From assembly GCA_004431415.1 (NCBI GenBank), contig QPMI01000477.1, positions 124,001 to 188,000 of the forward strand: a stretch of DNA of 64,000 bases, read 5' to 3'. Position 1 is the first letter of the stretch; the number at the start of each line of letters is the position of its first letter. The notes beneath the pieces were generated by a model. The model saw only the letters and a list, made by a program, of their open reading frames with translations, searched no databases and was not told the DNA's origin. Made by a program: the position numbers and the translations under genes. This DNA comes from Cyanophora paradoxa CCMP329 (taxonomy: Eukaryota > Plantae > Glaucophyta). Below, piece by piece: positions 24,099 through 36,400 of this stretch.

Positions 24099-27004
24099 TC
24101 AGAGGCGGAGGAGCTGGCGCTCGACGGCGGCGCGGAGGGCCTCGCGCGCCGCCGGCCCCGCCGCCTCCACCGCCGTCCCCGTCGGCGCACCACGACCCGC
24201 GCCCCCAGCTCCCCACCCACAGCACCCGCGCCCCGCCCCGTCCCCGCCACCGCCTCAACCTCCTCCAGCTCCTCGTACCCCTCCTGCGCCCCGGCGTCGG
24301 CCAGGGCCAGGGGGGGGGAGGGGGTACGCGGACCTCGCGGAGGGCGGCGGCGAGGCGGGGAAGGAGACGGCGCCGCAGAAGAGGGCGGCGGGGCGGGCGG
24401 GGCGGCCTCGCCGTAGGGCCGCCTGGCCGTCTGGAGGGGCCCCGCAGGCTCGAGAAGGGCGCCACAACGCGGCCCGCCTCCGCCCCGCCCGCCGCCCGCA
24501 CCGCCACCGTCCGCACCGCCCCGCCGCCTGCCCGCCCCGCGCGAGCGCGTCGGGCCCTCCCGGGGCGCGGCGGGGGGCGCGCCCCTCCCGGGGTACAGGC
24601 GCGCACCTTAGCGTCCAGGCGGGCCTCTCGGAACTTGGGCTGCGCCGCCGCGTCGGCCGCGGGCGGCGGGGCGGGGGCGGGGCGGGCGGGGTTGCGCGGG
24701 GGCACCCTGAGGGGGACGTGGCGGCGGGCGAGGTGGGCGAGGGTGGCGAGGGCGCATCCGTCGGGCGCCTGCACCGAGGCCGCCACCCCCGCCGGCACCA
24801 GCGCCTGCGAGCGCCGCGTGAGGGCGGGCAGAGGGAGGGAGGAGGAGGGGCGGAGGCGCTCGCCTGCCGGGGCCGCGCCTCGTACAGGATGTGGCTCACC
24901 TCCTGCGGGCGTGCGGTTCAGGGGCGGAGATCTAGATTCAAGGGGCGGGCGGGCGGGGGGCGCCTGGGGCGAGAGGCGGAGGTCGAGGGGCGTCCAGTAG
25001 GCGCGCAGGGCGAGCCGCGAGAAGGGCGCCCGGCACGCTTGCGCCTCCCACGCGGGGTCTGCGGTGCGTCAGGGGGGGCGCCGGATCGGCCGCGCGGGGG
25101 GCACCGATGAGGGCGACGGAGCAGTTGGGGCGGTGCGCCCACGAGCGCACGAACTGCAGCGCGGCGCCCCCGCGCAGCGAGGGCGGCCCTGCTCGTGCGC
25201 GCGCTTCAGCCGGGCGCTCGGAGAGGGCGGCGGCGGGAGGGGGCGCACCGGCGAAGACGACGCAGGGCTCGCGGTAGATGCGCCCCAGCGGCGGGCCGTC
25301 CCCGGCCCCGCACGTCTGCCCGCCCCGCCCTCTTCAGGACGACAGGCTGGGTTGGGACCCGGGAGAGCGCACGCCGGGCTTGATGGTGGGGTGCGGCCGC
25401 GTGGCGGGGTCCGAGGTGTAGTGGAGGGCCCCGCCCCGGGCCAGGTCCCCGTGCACAAAGGGGTCCTCGGCCAGAAGCACCCGGTCCTGCCTCGCCTTCC
25501 CCAGCCTGGCCCCCGGGGGGTCGGCCGGGGGGCGGCGCGCCTCGAGGGGTACGGCGGCGGACCACTCGGAGGAGATGTTGGCGTAGGCGAGCGCGAGGTC
25601 CGCGGCGGGGGAGACCACGTAGAGGGGTACGTCCCACAGCCCGATCTGCTTCAGGTAGTTGTGGAACTGCCGGGGGGGGGGGAATTGCAGTCGGGGTACG
25701 GCGTTTCCGGGCGGGGGGGCGGGCGGACCGTCTCGATGAGGTCGAGGATGAGGCCGGAGGGGTGGCAGGGCACGAGGAGGCTGCCCCCCTCCCGGATCGT
25801 CGTACCCAGGACCGAGGCGAGCTCCGCCAGCATCGGGTCGGGCCGGGGTATGCTGTCCGAGCTCACCTCCGGCGCGATCAGCTGCGCGGGGAGGGGCGTG
25901 AGGGGGGTACGCGGGTCGCGGGGAGACGGAGCGGGGGCGCGCCACGTCGGCGCCGCGGAGGCTCTCGATGTCGAGGGGCTCGGGGTGCCGCGAGGTCGCC
26001 GACGAGCTGTGCGACACGTACACGATCTGCGATGCCGCGCCCCCGCCCCGCCCCGCGCTCGAGCTCGCCCGCGCGCGGAGCGGCGCGGCGGCGGGCGCCT
26101 CGGGCCCGTACCTTGTCGGAGGCGGTGCTGAGGACCCAGTTGGCGCCGCCGATGCAGAAGCCCGAGCTGACGGGCGTCGCGCGCAGCGCCGGCGAGAGCT
26201 CCTGCGCGACGCCGGACCGTGAGCGGCGGCGGCGGCGGCGGCCGGGGTGCGACGCCCGCACCACGTCCTCCTTGAAGGAGAGGGGGCGGATGCGGGCCAG
26301 GCAGCGCTCCACGTCGGCCATCGTGTACGGCGCCCGCCGCGTCGACGGCACCGCCGCAGGCTCCGCCGGCTCCTCGGCGGTCCGCTGCCGCCTGCGATCG
26401 GGGCGTGAGCGCCGGCGGGGCGGATGGCCGGGGCGGGGGCGGGGGCGGGGGCGCACTTCGCAGCGGGGGGCCCGGGCCGGCCCGTGGCGTTCACGCTCTG
26501 CGGCTCCTCGCACGCCTTTACGAGCTCCTCCATCAGCTGCCTGCACGGCGAGCAGTCGGCAAAAGCCCGCGCCGCCGCCCGCGCCGCGGGCGCCTCACCG
26601 GCCGATCTGGATCGTGGGGTCCGTCGCGTAGACCTTGCCGCGGAACGTCGTGTACTCGGTCACGTACGGCAGGGCGAGCAGGTTGTGGTAGTTCGAGATG
26701 AGGACACAGTCGACAGCCGCCCAGTCCGCCACGGCGTGAAACTGCGGCGTGTCGAGCGTGTAGTCTGGCCCGCGCGACGCGCTCGAGGCATCGTCTCCGG
26801 GCTTCGGGAGCTCGGGGGAGACTCCAAGCTGCACGGCATCCGCAGGGAATGGCCCTGGCTCGAGGGCGCAGTCGAGGAGGACGCGCGTGCCCTCGAGCTT
26901 CAGGAGGAAGCAAGAGGCCGACGGCGAGAGGCCCAGGGTGAGCTGCGCGAACGGTTAGCACCGCTCGCGGGCGTCCTGCGCGCGAGCGACCGCACCAGCT
27001 TCAT
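24099..27004 (-). CDS. INTS9: Integrator complex subunit 9 (catalytically inactive MBL/beta-CASP protein)
   Basis: MKL/LTLGLSPSASCFLLKLEGTRVLLDCAL..VDCVLISNYHNLLALPYVTEYTTFRGKVYATDPTIQIGR/QLMEELV; SSGFCIGGANWVL; YVSHSSS..RHPEPLD; GGSLLVPCHPSGLILDLIE; SPAADLALAYANISSEW. Ends ..VERQLLRL* at 24099. Confidence 0.92.
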
Positions 27005-27358
27005 CGGCGGGGGGAAGAGGCCGAGACCCCGTACACGAATTGGAAGTCGAACAAGTAACAACGCTTTGGCGGGCAAGACAGAGTTAAGATGTTCACGGGA
27101 AAAGTGCAGTGCGTGTCTCCGCTACATCCTGAGACCCCGACCTGCGCGCCGCGAAAATGACAACGTTGCGGTCCGCGGTTCTGAGCGAGTGCCCGCAGGG
27201 GGCCGACGCTGCCCGCCGGCATGAAGACGGATAGGTGAGCTCGGCCTGCCTAGCGCACGTGGCGGCTAGCACTGGCGCCACCGCCGATCGGCTTGCCCGG
27301 CCTCGGGCTGGCGTCCTGTCTGCCATACGCCGCTTCTAGACGACCAGAGAGCTTAGCT

Positions 27359-29567
27359 ATGACGCAAGACCGGCCCGATCGTGCATCCAGCCGAAGCCGC
27401 GGCCCAGCAGCGCAACCGGCGAACCCGCGCCCTCGTCGTCACTCGCCGCGCGCGGCATATGCCTCAGCAGCTGCACTCTTTAGCTAAGCCGCTTCCACAC
27501 GGCAGCCGCAGCCCGCCGCCCTAGTGCCGCTCCCGGCTTACGCGCGGGCCGTTTCTGAGGCGGGGCGGGGGCGGGGGCAGGCAGCTGAGGATAGCGCCGC
27601 TGAACACGGCGGTGGAGCCGACGGGGGAGCTCCTGTGCGTGAAGTACAGCCAGGACGGGCACGTCATCGCCGCCTCGGGGGACGACGGGTGCGCGGCGCG
27701 CCCTCCGCACGGGCGCCGCGCCGCGCCGCGCCGAGGGCCGGCCGCAGGTACATCCGCGTGTACGAGACGGAGGCGAAGATCCAGCTCCACAAGATGAGCG
27801 GCGACGTGCGCGGCGCCCCGCCCCGCCCCCCCCCTCGCCCTTCGCCTCCCCGCCTCCCCCGACGCGCCGCCCCCCCAGGTCCTGGAGAAGGCGCCGATCA
27901 CGGCCATCCGCTTCAAGCGTGCGCCCCGCCCTTTCCCCCTAGCCTAGCTTTCGGAACCGGGCGCAAGCAAGCAAGCACTCAGCTAGAGACAGACAGGGCG
28001 CAGCGCCCTGCTCCTCCCGAAGTACTCCTCCCCCCACCTCTGACGTCAGCCCGGCCCGCCGGCAGCGTTCGACTCGAAGCCGGAATCGCGGTCGATCCTC
28101 GCCGCCGTCTCCTCCGACGGCGTCGTCCGCCAGGCCCGCCCCGCCCCGGCCCCCGCCCCCCGCCCCCGCCGGCCTGACCCCGCCCTCCCGTGCAGTTCCA
28201 CGCGATCCAGGGCAAGAGCCTCTGGCACGTCCGCGAGGTGCCCGCACCCTCTTTCTTCCCCACCCTGGAGATATCCAAGAGCGAGCCCCGCTCGCAGCCC
28301 GGGAACAGCATCTACGCCATCGACTACTGCCACGACAGCACAAAGTTCGCAACCGCCGGCAGCGACAAGCACGTGCGGCCCCCGTACCCCGCCACGATGG
28401 AAATGCCGCACCCCCTCCCTGCCGCCGACCGCCGTACCCCCGCCGCCGCAGATCCGCGTGTACGACGACGCGACGAAGAAAGTTCTGCTCGACATGGTGC
28501 GCGCGTACCCCCCTCGCTCCCTCCTCGTACCCCCTCCCGACCGCCGGGCGCGCAGCACGAGGGCGGGCTGAAGCACCAGTCGGCGCACGCGAACCGCATC
28601 TACAGGTACCCCCGCCTGCAGGACGGTCTGGGGCGCTTCGGGCTCTGACGGGCGGCGCGTAGTGTGAAGTTTCTGCCGGAGGCTGACAACGTGGTCCTCT
28701 CCGCCGGCTGGGTCCGCCCCGCCGCCCGCGCGCCTCGCCCCGCCTCCTCCCTCCGCCCTAGGCCTGTCTGAGGGGGCCGGCAGGACAACACGGTGCAAAT
28801 ATGGGACCTGCGCTCGGGCAACTCCATACGCTCCATCTACGGGCCCTACGTCTCCGGCGGTGCGCCCGCCATCTGTTCCAGAGGGTCCCCTCCCGGATCC
28901 GAACCGGAGGCCGGAGCAGACGCGATGGACGTGAGCAAGGAGCACTACGTGGTGACGGGCTCCTACCGCCCCAAGGACCAGCTCCAAGTGCTTCGAGAGA
29001 GCCGCAGGGCACGCGCCGGCGCGGCCCCTCACCCGCGCGGCAGATATGGGACCTGCGGTCGACGAAGCTGAGCGTGGGGATCGTGTGGAACAAGAAGCAC
29101 CCGCCGGGTACGTACAGCGCCTCGCCGCACCGAGCGCGACGAACGCCGGCGCCTGCTCCTCTGATGCCGCGTGCGTGCAGGGAACCTCGAGGACGCGCAC
29201 CTCTACGCCGCCATGGTGCCTTTCCCCCTCCCGCCCGCCGCCCCGCTCCCGCCCCGGCCGCGCCGACGCGCCCCCGGCAGTTCTCGCCCCGCAACCCCCA
29301 GGTCGTCATCGCCGCCGGCGCCGTCACAAACGACTGCAGGGTGCGCTCCGCTCGCGCCTCCACCTCCGGACCCCTCCCCGGCGCCCCTCACGCCCGCCCC
29401 CGCGGCCGCCCCCGCCCCGCGCTCAGGTCTTCTACGCACCGACGGGGGACTGCCTGGGGTTCACGCCCCGCCTGGGGGCCTGCATCTACAGCGTGGACGT
29501 GCACCCCAACGGCAAGAACGTCGCCCTCTCCGGCAAGGACGGCCGCGTCTACATCGTCGACCTCTAG
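27359..29567 (+). CDS. WD40-repeat (about 7-bladed beta-propeller) protein
   Basis: LLCVKYSQDGHVIAASGDDG/YIRVYE; IYAIDYCHDSTKFATAGSDKH/IRVYD; AHANRIY/SVKF..VLSAGW/DNTVQIWDLR; IYSVDVHPNGKNVALSGKDGRVYIVDL* (29567). The start codon at 27359 is tentative; the first secure exon is at about 27581. Confidence 0.85.
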
Positions 29568-29613
29568 CCTCCAGCTGAGTTCTGATCCGCTGAGCGTCTC
29601 AGTATCTGTCTCT

Positions 29614-31558
29614 CTAAAGCAAGTACGAGACGCGTATGCCGCGGGCGGCGGCCGCCGCCGCGTCCTCCTCGGTCAGGCGGGCGCCCCGGGGCAGGCAGAG
29701 GCGCTGGAGGGCGGGGAGGGCCCCCGGCAGGCCCGCAGGAGCGGCGGCCAGCGGGTTCCCTTCCAGGAAGAGCAGCGCGAGGCTCGGCAGGCCGCAGAGG
29801 GCCCCGGGGGGTACGCTGTCAATCCGGTTCCGCGAGAGGCGGAGCGTCTGCCCGGCGGCCCCGGTCAGAGAAACAAGGGCCTGACCGAGCTTCTCCGGGG
29901 TGGGCGTGCAAACCGTGAGGTGGGGCAACCCGGCGATCGAGGTCGGGACGGAGGGTACGCGGTTTCCCTCCATAAGGAGGTGCCGGAGGGACGCCGGCAG
30001 GCGCCGCGGGATCGACTCCAGCGCGTTGTCCGGCGCATTCAGAGTGGCCTGGGGGGTACGGAGTTGAGCGGGAGATACCGAATGGGGTAGAGAGGGGGGT
30101 ACCAGGGCGGGCAGGTCGCCCAGCTCCTCGGGGAGCTCCCTCAGCTTGTTCCCGTACAGCTGCAGGACCTGAGGGTACGGTATAAAGGCGGAGAAAGGGG
30201 TACGGCGGGCTTTGGTATGGCGGGCCTCCAGGGAAGAGAGACGGGAGACAGAGGGTGGCAAATGTTCGATGACGTTCTGCAGAGGCGGGGGCTGATCAGA
30301 GTATGGCGGGGTACACGGGTGCAGGGGGCGCGCCTGGCTCAGGTTGAGGTATGTGAGCGAAGGGAGGGCGAGGACGGGCGGGGGTACGGCGTCGAGGCCG
30401 CACTCGCAGAGGCTGAGCCAGCGGAGGGACGGGGGAAGCGGGGGTACGGCGAGCGCCTTCGAGGGGCGGGGCGGCACTGGGCGAGGTCGAGGCGGGTGAG
30501 GGGTACGGCGGCGAGGGAGGCCGGGAGGGAGCGGATGGGGTTGTCGGGAACGCAGAGCGATTCCAGGCGGGGCAGGAGCTTCGGCAGATCGTCGGGGAGG
30601 GTCTTGAGGCCGCAGGAGGGGAGGTTCAGGAAGCGGAGGGAGGGCGGGAGGGGGGGTAGAGCGCCCCCCGGGAGGCGGAAGCGGGAGCCGCCGAGGCCCA
30701 GCTCCTCGAGGAGGGGTAGGGCGTTGAGGCCCGAGGGGGGTACCCTCATGCTGGAGCTCAGGAGGCGGAGGACGCGGAGGGAAGGGAGGCGGGGGAGGTC
30801 GGGCGGCGGGTCCGAGCCGCCGCTCCCGCACAGGTCCAGCGACTCCAGCGCCGCGAGGGGCGCCCGCAGCAGCGCCTCCAGCGGGGACCGCGCCTGCAGG
30901 CCGCGCGCGGCGGCGCCGCCGGTCGGCGCCCGGATAGCGTGGCCGGGCGCGGCGGGGCTCTATGATCGGGGGACGGGGGTCGCACGGCGGTGCAGTGCAC
31001 GGCCGCAAGGGACCGCAGGCGGCCGCGCGCGGCCGCAGCGATGGCCGAGAGCGCCTCGTCGTCGACAGCGGTTCCGGACACGTCGACCTGGCGGGGAGAG
31101 TCAGCGAGGCCCGGTACGCGAGCCCGCGCCGCGCGCGCGCTCGCCTCAGTCGCGCCGGGGGCGAGCGCGACGAGTTCCGCGATCTCCGTCGCGTCGAGCT
31201 GGCACGACTGCAGCTGAAGGACCTTCGCCTGGGCGTACGCTCGATCAGAAGGATGCGGCGCGCTTGGCGGGGCGCGCGTACGGATGAGAATCTGTGGTGC
31301 AAGAGGCGCTGTAGCGCCTCGAACGTCCTAAACTCGCTGCGTACGAGGGCCAGGCTGAACTGATCGAGGCCGACCGCGAGAACCGCCTGCCGCCATCCTG
31401 GGGAGCGCACCGCGACGTCAAGAACTGACCGCGCGAAAGTAAGCTCGAACCGCCAAGAACCTACCGCGCGAGACAAGCTCGATCTGGCATCGGTCGCGCA
31501 GGCTCAACCGCGCCAAGATCTGTGCCAGGAGCTCGGTTGGCAAATCATCGATGCTCAT
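29614..31558 (-). CDS. F-box/leucine-rich-repeat protein
   Basis: A short first exon missed by the ORF track reads MSIDDLPTELLAQILARLSLRDRCQIELVSR (F-box consensus LPxELLxxILxxL). It is followed by LRRs such as LRFLNLPSCGLKTLPDDL, LESLCVPDNPIRSLPASL, LQLYGNKLRELPEELGDL, LRHLLMEGNRVPSVPTSI and LALLFLEGNPL. Confidence 0.85.
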
Positions 31559-31639
31559 TGTTCACTGCATGCGCGTTGGTTATCGAGGATCTGGGCCGTC
31601 GATGCTAGCGCTCATCAATATTGCAGGCCGCTGCAACAC

Positions 31640-31697
31640 ATTCGACTTTGCGCCTGTACCCATCCCGACCGCAAGCATATTCGACTTTTGCGCCTGT
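31640..31697. promoter_or_regulatory. Direct-repeat motif ATTCGACTTT(T)GCGCCTGT x2 in a 155-bp bidirectional promoter
   Basis: Copies at 31640-31657 and 31679-31697, between ATG 31558(-) and ATG 31714(+). Confidence 0.45.
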
Positions 31698-31713
31698 CCT
31701 TGAGGAAACCGGC

Positions 31714-32253
31714 ATGGGAGGCTGCTGCAGCGCCGACGGCGGAGCCGTCAGCGACGCCCGGGGCGGCTACGGGAGCGCCGCGTACGGCGGGGGCCAGCGT
31801 CTCGGCGGCGGCTCAGCAGGGAGCAGCCCGGCCAAAGCGAAGGCCTCTAAGCCGGCGGGAAGGTCTTCTTCGCAATCCCGAGTCGCCGGCCCTTCCGCTT
31901 CGCAGTCGACGCCCGAGCCGAACCTCGAGGATATCCGAGCAAAGGCGGCAGCAGCAGCGGAGGCAAGGCTCAGGTCGCAGGAGATGCGCGGCGTCACAGG
32001 GCCGAAGTGCGTCCGAATGCATTCCCGCCGCCTTGAACGCCGGCCATTTCGAACTGCACCCGCGCCTTCTGACCGCCGCCACGTTCTGACACTTCTCTCC
32101 TCGTGCCGCCGCGCAGGCCGAAGATAAAACCGCGACCGGAAGAGCCCACAAACTTGCGAGACCAGCCCGTCCTTCAGGTCCGCTCCTCGGTTCGGGCTCT
32201 CCTCATTGCAAGATTAGCTAACCGTGCGCCCCGCGCAGTGGCGGATGGGCTGA
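31714..32253 (+). CDS. SVIP: Small VCP/p97-interacting protein-like; exons 31714-32006, 32117-32177, 32239-32253
   Basis: N-terminal MGGCCS (myristoylation/palmitoylation signal), an exact VIM motif R-x5-AA-x2-R (RAKAAAAAEAR) followed by QEMRG, and C-terminal LQWRMG* resembling the LRWTVS end of SVIP. Two GT-AG introns keep the frame. Confidence 0.8.
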
Positions 32254-32340
32254 GCAGCAGAGACGATACGGATAAGGTTACAGTACATCATTTGACGCCA
32301 AGCAGCTGCGCCGACCCTATGTACAGCGGAGGGTTCCAGC

Positions 32341-33091
32341 CTAAGCGGCGAAGGGATTCTCAGCGACCGCCTCCATCGAATTCGGCTCCTCTTCCCGCGG
32401 CGCAGCTGCGGTCGCCTTTGGAGGCTGCTTCGGCGCCGGCGGCCGCGGCTGATGGGCCGCCGCCAGTCCTGCTCCGACGGCCTTCACCACCAAGTTCTCG
32501 ACGACGTCCTCGGCGAAGTGCAGCATCGCTCCCGGCTGCGCGCGCGCAGGCGTCGTCCTGTTCTTCTTTGAATGTGTAAGTAAACATCGAGCACCGTCGG
32601 AAGCGAGGGCGGTTTGACGTGGTGGATGTGCAGCCGAGATTGCGGGCTTGGGGTCCGCACAGTGCGCTCTTGGACGTGAACCGGGTGGTCCACCTTGGAG
32701 AGTGTTTAGGAGCTAGCCAAAAAGCTTGGCGCGTGTACGCGCACCGGTTCCATCCTCGCAGCTCCAGTCGCGGCCGCAACCTCGGTTAGACCGTGCGCAG
32801 CTGCTGCTATCGGTGTCGGAGCCGGCGGGGTCGAGACGTCGCCGGCGGAGTGCCGCTGATCATGACGCATCGGATCGGGAGTCAGCGAGCTCGAGTCGCA
32901 CGCGCGCCGACGTGCGCTGCCGCTTCTCGCGCTTGGCGCCCCGCGCATGAAGCGGGCGCGCGCGCTCACCCTCTGCTCTGTGACGCTGTGCTCGTGCACG
33001 CCCTCCAGCGGCACGAGCCGGTGCGCGATGTTGTGGAGTGGCGAGTCCGGATCGATGCGGTTAGCCCTGTGAGGTTCCAGAAGGTCGGCAT
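32341..33091 (-). CDS. Possible small unknown gene
   Basis: Terminal exon-like segment HFAEDVVENLVVKAVGAGLAA..EAVAENPFAA* preceded by an AG acceptor, and an upstream segment ending in a GTGAG donor near 32969. Exon chain not resolved. Confidence 0.3.
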
Positions 33092-33459
33092 CGGCTTCTA
33101 GATGCCGCGCTCGAGCGTACGTGGGGCGGGAGCGCGTACATGACGCGGGATGGTCGGTTCAAGTGTGCTCACCTGGGTACGAGACATTCGTCCGCTTCGA
33201 ACTGCGAGCGTTGTCGTGTCTGTTGGCCAGCCTGTCCAGCCAGCATCGTAGTAGATCAGGCAGACAGCTCAGCAGCGACTCGTCAGGCCAACTCCCGCCT
33301 GATCTGTGTCGCGCGCGCCACCGACACCTGGAAGCGGCCAGCGACGCCAGGAGACGTGCGCATGAGCTTCACGATGCATTAGCATCCGCGATCAGCGATA
33401 ATCAACCTTCCGGTCATATTGCCGATCAGCTAAGCGCGACCGTCGGACACGACCGCACA

Positions 33460-36400
33460 ATGGCGCCAGCTGGTGTGACCGAGACGCTCGCGCCGCTGCC
33501 GGTGGGCGAGGTCTACGTACCCGACGTGGAGGCTGGCTTCGTCCTCGCTCGGGTGCTGGGGCCTTCATCGGACCGCTTCGGTCCACTTGTGCGCGTCGCC
33601 CTCCCCAACGGGCGGGAAGTCGGCGTGCGCGAGGCGGACGTGCACACGCCGAACCCCCGGGAGACGGACAGAGTCCCGGACATGACCCAGGTCCGCCGCC
33701 TCGGGCCGGTCGTGGCGGCCCTATCCGAAAGCTCCCGCAGCTCACCCACCTCAACGCCGCCGCCCTCCTCCACAACGCGCGCTGCCGCTACGAGGACGAC
33801 CTCATTTACAGTCCGCGCCGGCCCGCATCCCTCCCAGGGCCGCGCCCCGCTGACAGGTCGCGCCCCCCCAGCGTACACGGCGTACATCCTCCTCGCGCTG
33901 AACCCGTACCGGTGCGCGCCGAGCGCCTTGCGGTAGGCGCCGCCAGCGCTCACGCCGAGCAGGTCGCTCTCGATCTACGGCCGCGACGCGATGGAGAGGT
34001 GCGGCCCCACGCGGCCCCGCCCGCCCCGCCCCGCCGCGGGCGCCGCCCGAGGCCGGGCCGTGCGCGCAGGTACCGTGGGCGGCCGATGGGCGCGCTGCCG
34101 CCGCACGTGTACGCGCTGGCGGACCGCGCGTACCGCGCGATGAAGTCCGAGAAGCAGAGCCAGAGCATCCTTATCAGGTCCCGCCCCGCCCGCCCGCCCG
34201 CCGCCGGCCGCGCCGCTGACCCCGGGAGCAGCGGCGACTCTGGCGCGGGCAAGACAGAGACCAGCAAGGCGCGCGCGCCGCGCGCCGACCCGTTCGCGCC
34301 GGTCTGACGGGGGCCGGGCGCCCGTCGCGCAGTTCGTGATGCAGTACCTCGCCTACGTGGGGAGGGCCCCCGGCGAGACCGAGGAGCTGGGCCGGCGGGT
34401 CCTGGACAGGTCCCGCCCCGCGCCTTCCCGCCGCCGCCCCCGCCGCGCCGGCCCGCGCAGACCGGCTCGCCCGCAGCAACCCCGTGCTGGAGGCGTTCGG
34501 CAACGCGAAGACGCTGCGCAACAACAACTCTTCCCGCTTCGTGCGCCCCGCCCCCGCCCCCGCCCCAGCCCCGCCCCGCCGCGCGGCTCGGCCGCCCGTG
34601 GCCGGTCCGAGCGGGGGCGGCGGGCGGGGCACAGGGCAAGTTCATGAAGATCTTCTTCAGCGCGGACGGCGTCATCGTCGGCGCCGGCATCGACACCTGC
34701 GCGCCCCCTTCCCTCACGCACGCTCGCACCGCACGCTCACGGGCGCACCGCAGACCTCCTCGAGCGCTCCCGCGTGACGCAGCAGGACCGCGGCGAGCGC
34801 AACTACCACGTGTTCTACCAGGCACGCGTACCCCCCTCGCCCTGCCGCCCCGCCTGACCCGCCCTCTTCGGCAGTTCTGCGCGGGGGCCACCGAAGCGGA
34901 GCGCCGTGCGCGGCTCCTCTTCGACGTTGTACCCCCCTCCCGCTGATTCCCCGCCCCCGCAGAGCTCTATCGGATCGGGCGCGCCGAGGACTTCGCCGTC
35001 CTGACGCAGGTACCCCCCGTTCAATCCCCCCCCCCTCCGCCTTGTCTCGCGCGGTGCGAGGGCCGCACCCCTCCGCAGGGCGGCTCGACGGCGATCAGCG
35101 GCGTCGACGACGCGGCGGACTTCCGCCGCATGCGGGCGCGGCCGTACCCCCCGGGGCGCCCCGTACCCCCCTGACGCGGCCCCGCAGGAGGCGATGGCGC
35201 GCGTGGGCGTCGGCGAGGAGGACCAGTCGCGCGTCCTCCGGTTCGCCGTACCCCCGCGAAAGCCCCCCCCCCCCCCCCCTGACCCTCTCTCCGGCCAGGA
35301 CGCTGGCGTCGGTGCTGCACCTGGGGAACCTGCGCTTCGGGCCGGCGCCGGGCAGCGGCGGCGAGTCCTCGGTCGTCGAAAACCGCGCGGACGGTGCGCA
35401 GCCCGCCCCGCCCGGCCCCGATCCCCGCCCCAATCGAGCCGGGGCGGCGTGCAGCGCTGAGCGCGGCGGCGGAGCTGCTGGAGGTGCCGGCGGAGGCGCT
35501 GGAGGCGGGGCTCTGCTTCCGCACCGTCGAGGCCGGCGGCTCCGCCATCCGCATCGCCCTCAAGCCCCACGAGGCCCGCCCCGCTCGGGGGAGGCTGGAG
35601 GGGAAGGGGAGCCCGCCTGACCTCTCCTCCTCCGCAGGCGGCGGGGAGCCGGAACGCCCTGGCGCGCGCGATCTACCAGCGCCTCTTCGACTGGCTCGTC
35701 GCCCGCATCAACTCCAGGCGGGCCCTCTTTCTTCGGATCCTGCGGCTCCCCCGCCCGCTGAGTCGCGCCCGGCCCGCAGCCTTCGGATGCAGTCCATAGT
35801 CCACAACGCCCTCCACGGGGACGCCATGGTACCCCCCCCCCCCCCCCCCCGCCCCTTGTCTCGCCGCCCTCGAGCGGCCTCGCAGCGGGCGGGGGCGGGG
35901 GAGGCCCCGGCGGCGGCCTACATCGGCGTGCTCGACATCTTCGGCTTCGAGTTCTTCGAGGTCCGCCCCCCTCCGCTCTCGCGGGGCCGCAGGGCGCCGG
36001 GCGGGCCCCTGAAGCGCGCCGGCGGGGCGCAGCGGAACAGCTTCGAGCAGCTGTGCATCAACTACGCGAACGAGCGCCTCCAGCAGCACTTCAACGCCCA
36101 GGTCCCCGCCCCGCCCCGCCCCGCCCCGCCCGGGCGCCGGGGCCCGGGGCCCGACGTCCCAGCAGGTCTTCAAGCAGGAGGCCGACGTCTACGCCCGCGA
36201 GGGCCTCGCCGTGCGGCCCGGCCCCGGCCCCCCTCCGCCCCTCTCCCCTCCGAGACCCCGCCGGCAGGTGCGGCGGGCGGAGTTTGCGGACAACGCCGAC
36301 GCCCTCACCCTCGTCGACAAGGTCCCCGGGGCCGCCTCCGAGCCTCGCCTCGCCGCGGCTGCGGCCGCGCCCGGGTGACGCCTCGGCAGCGGCCCGGGGG

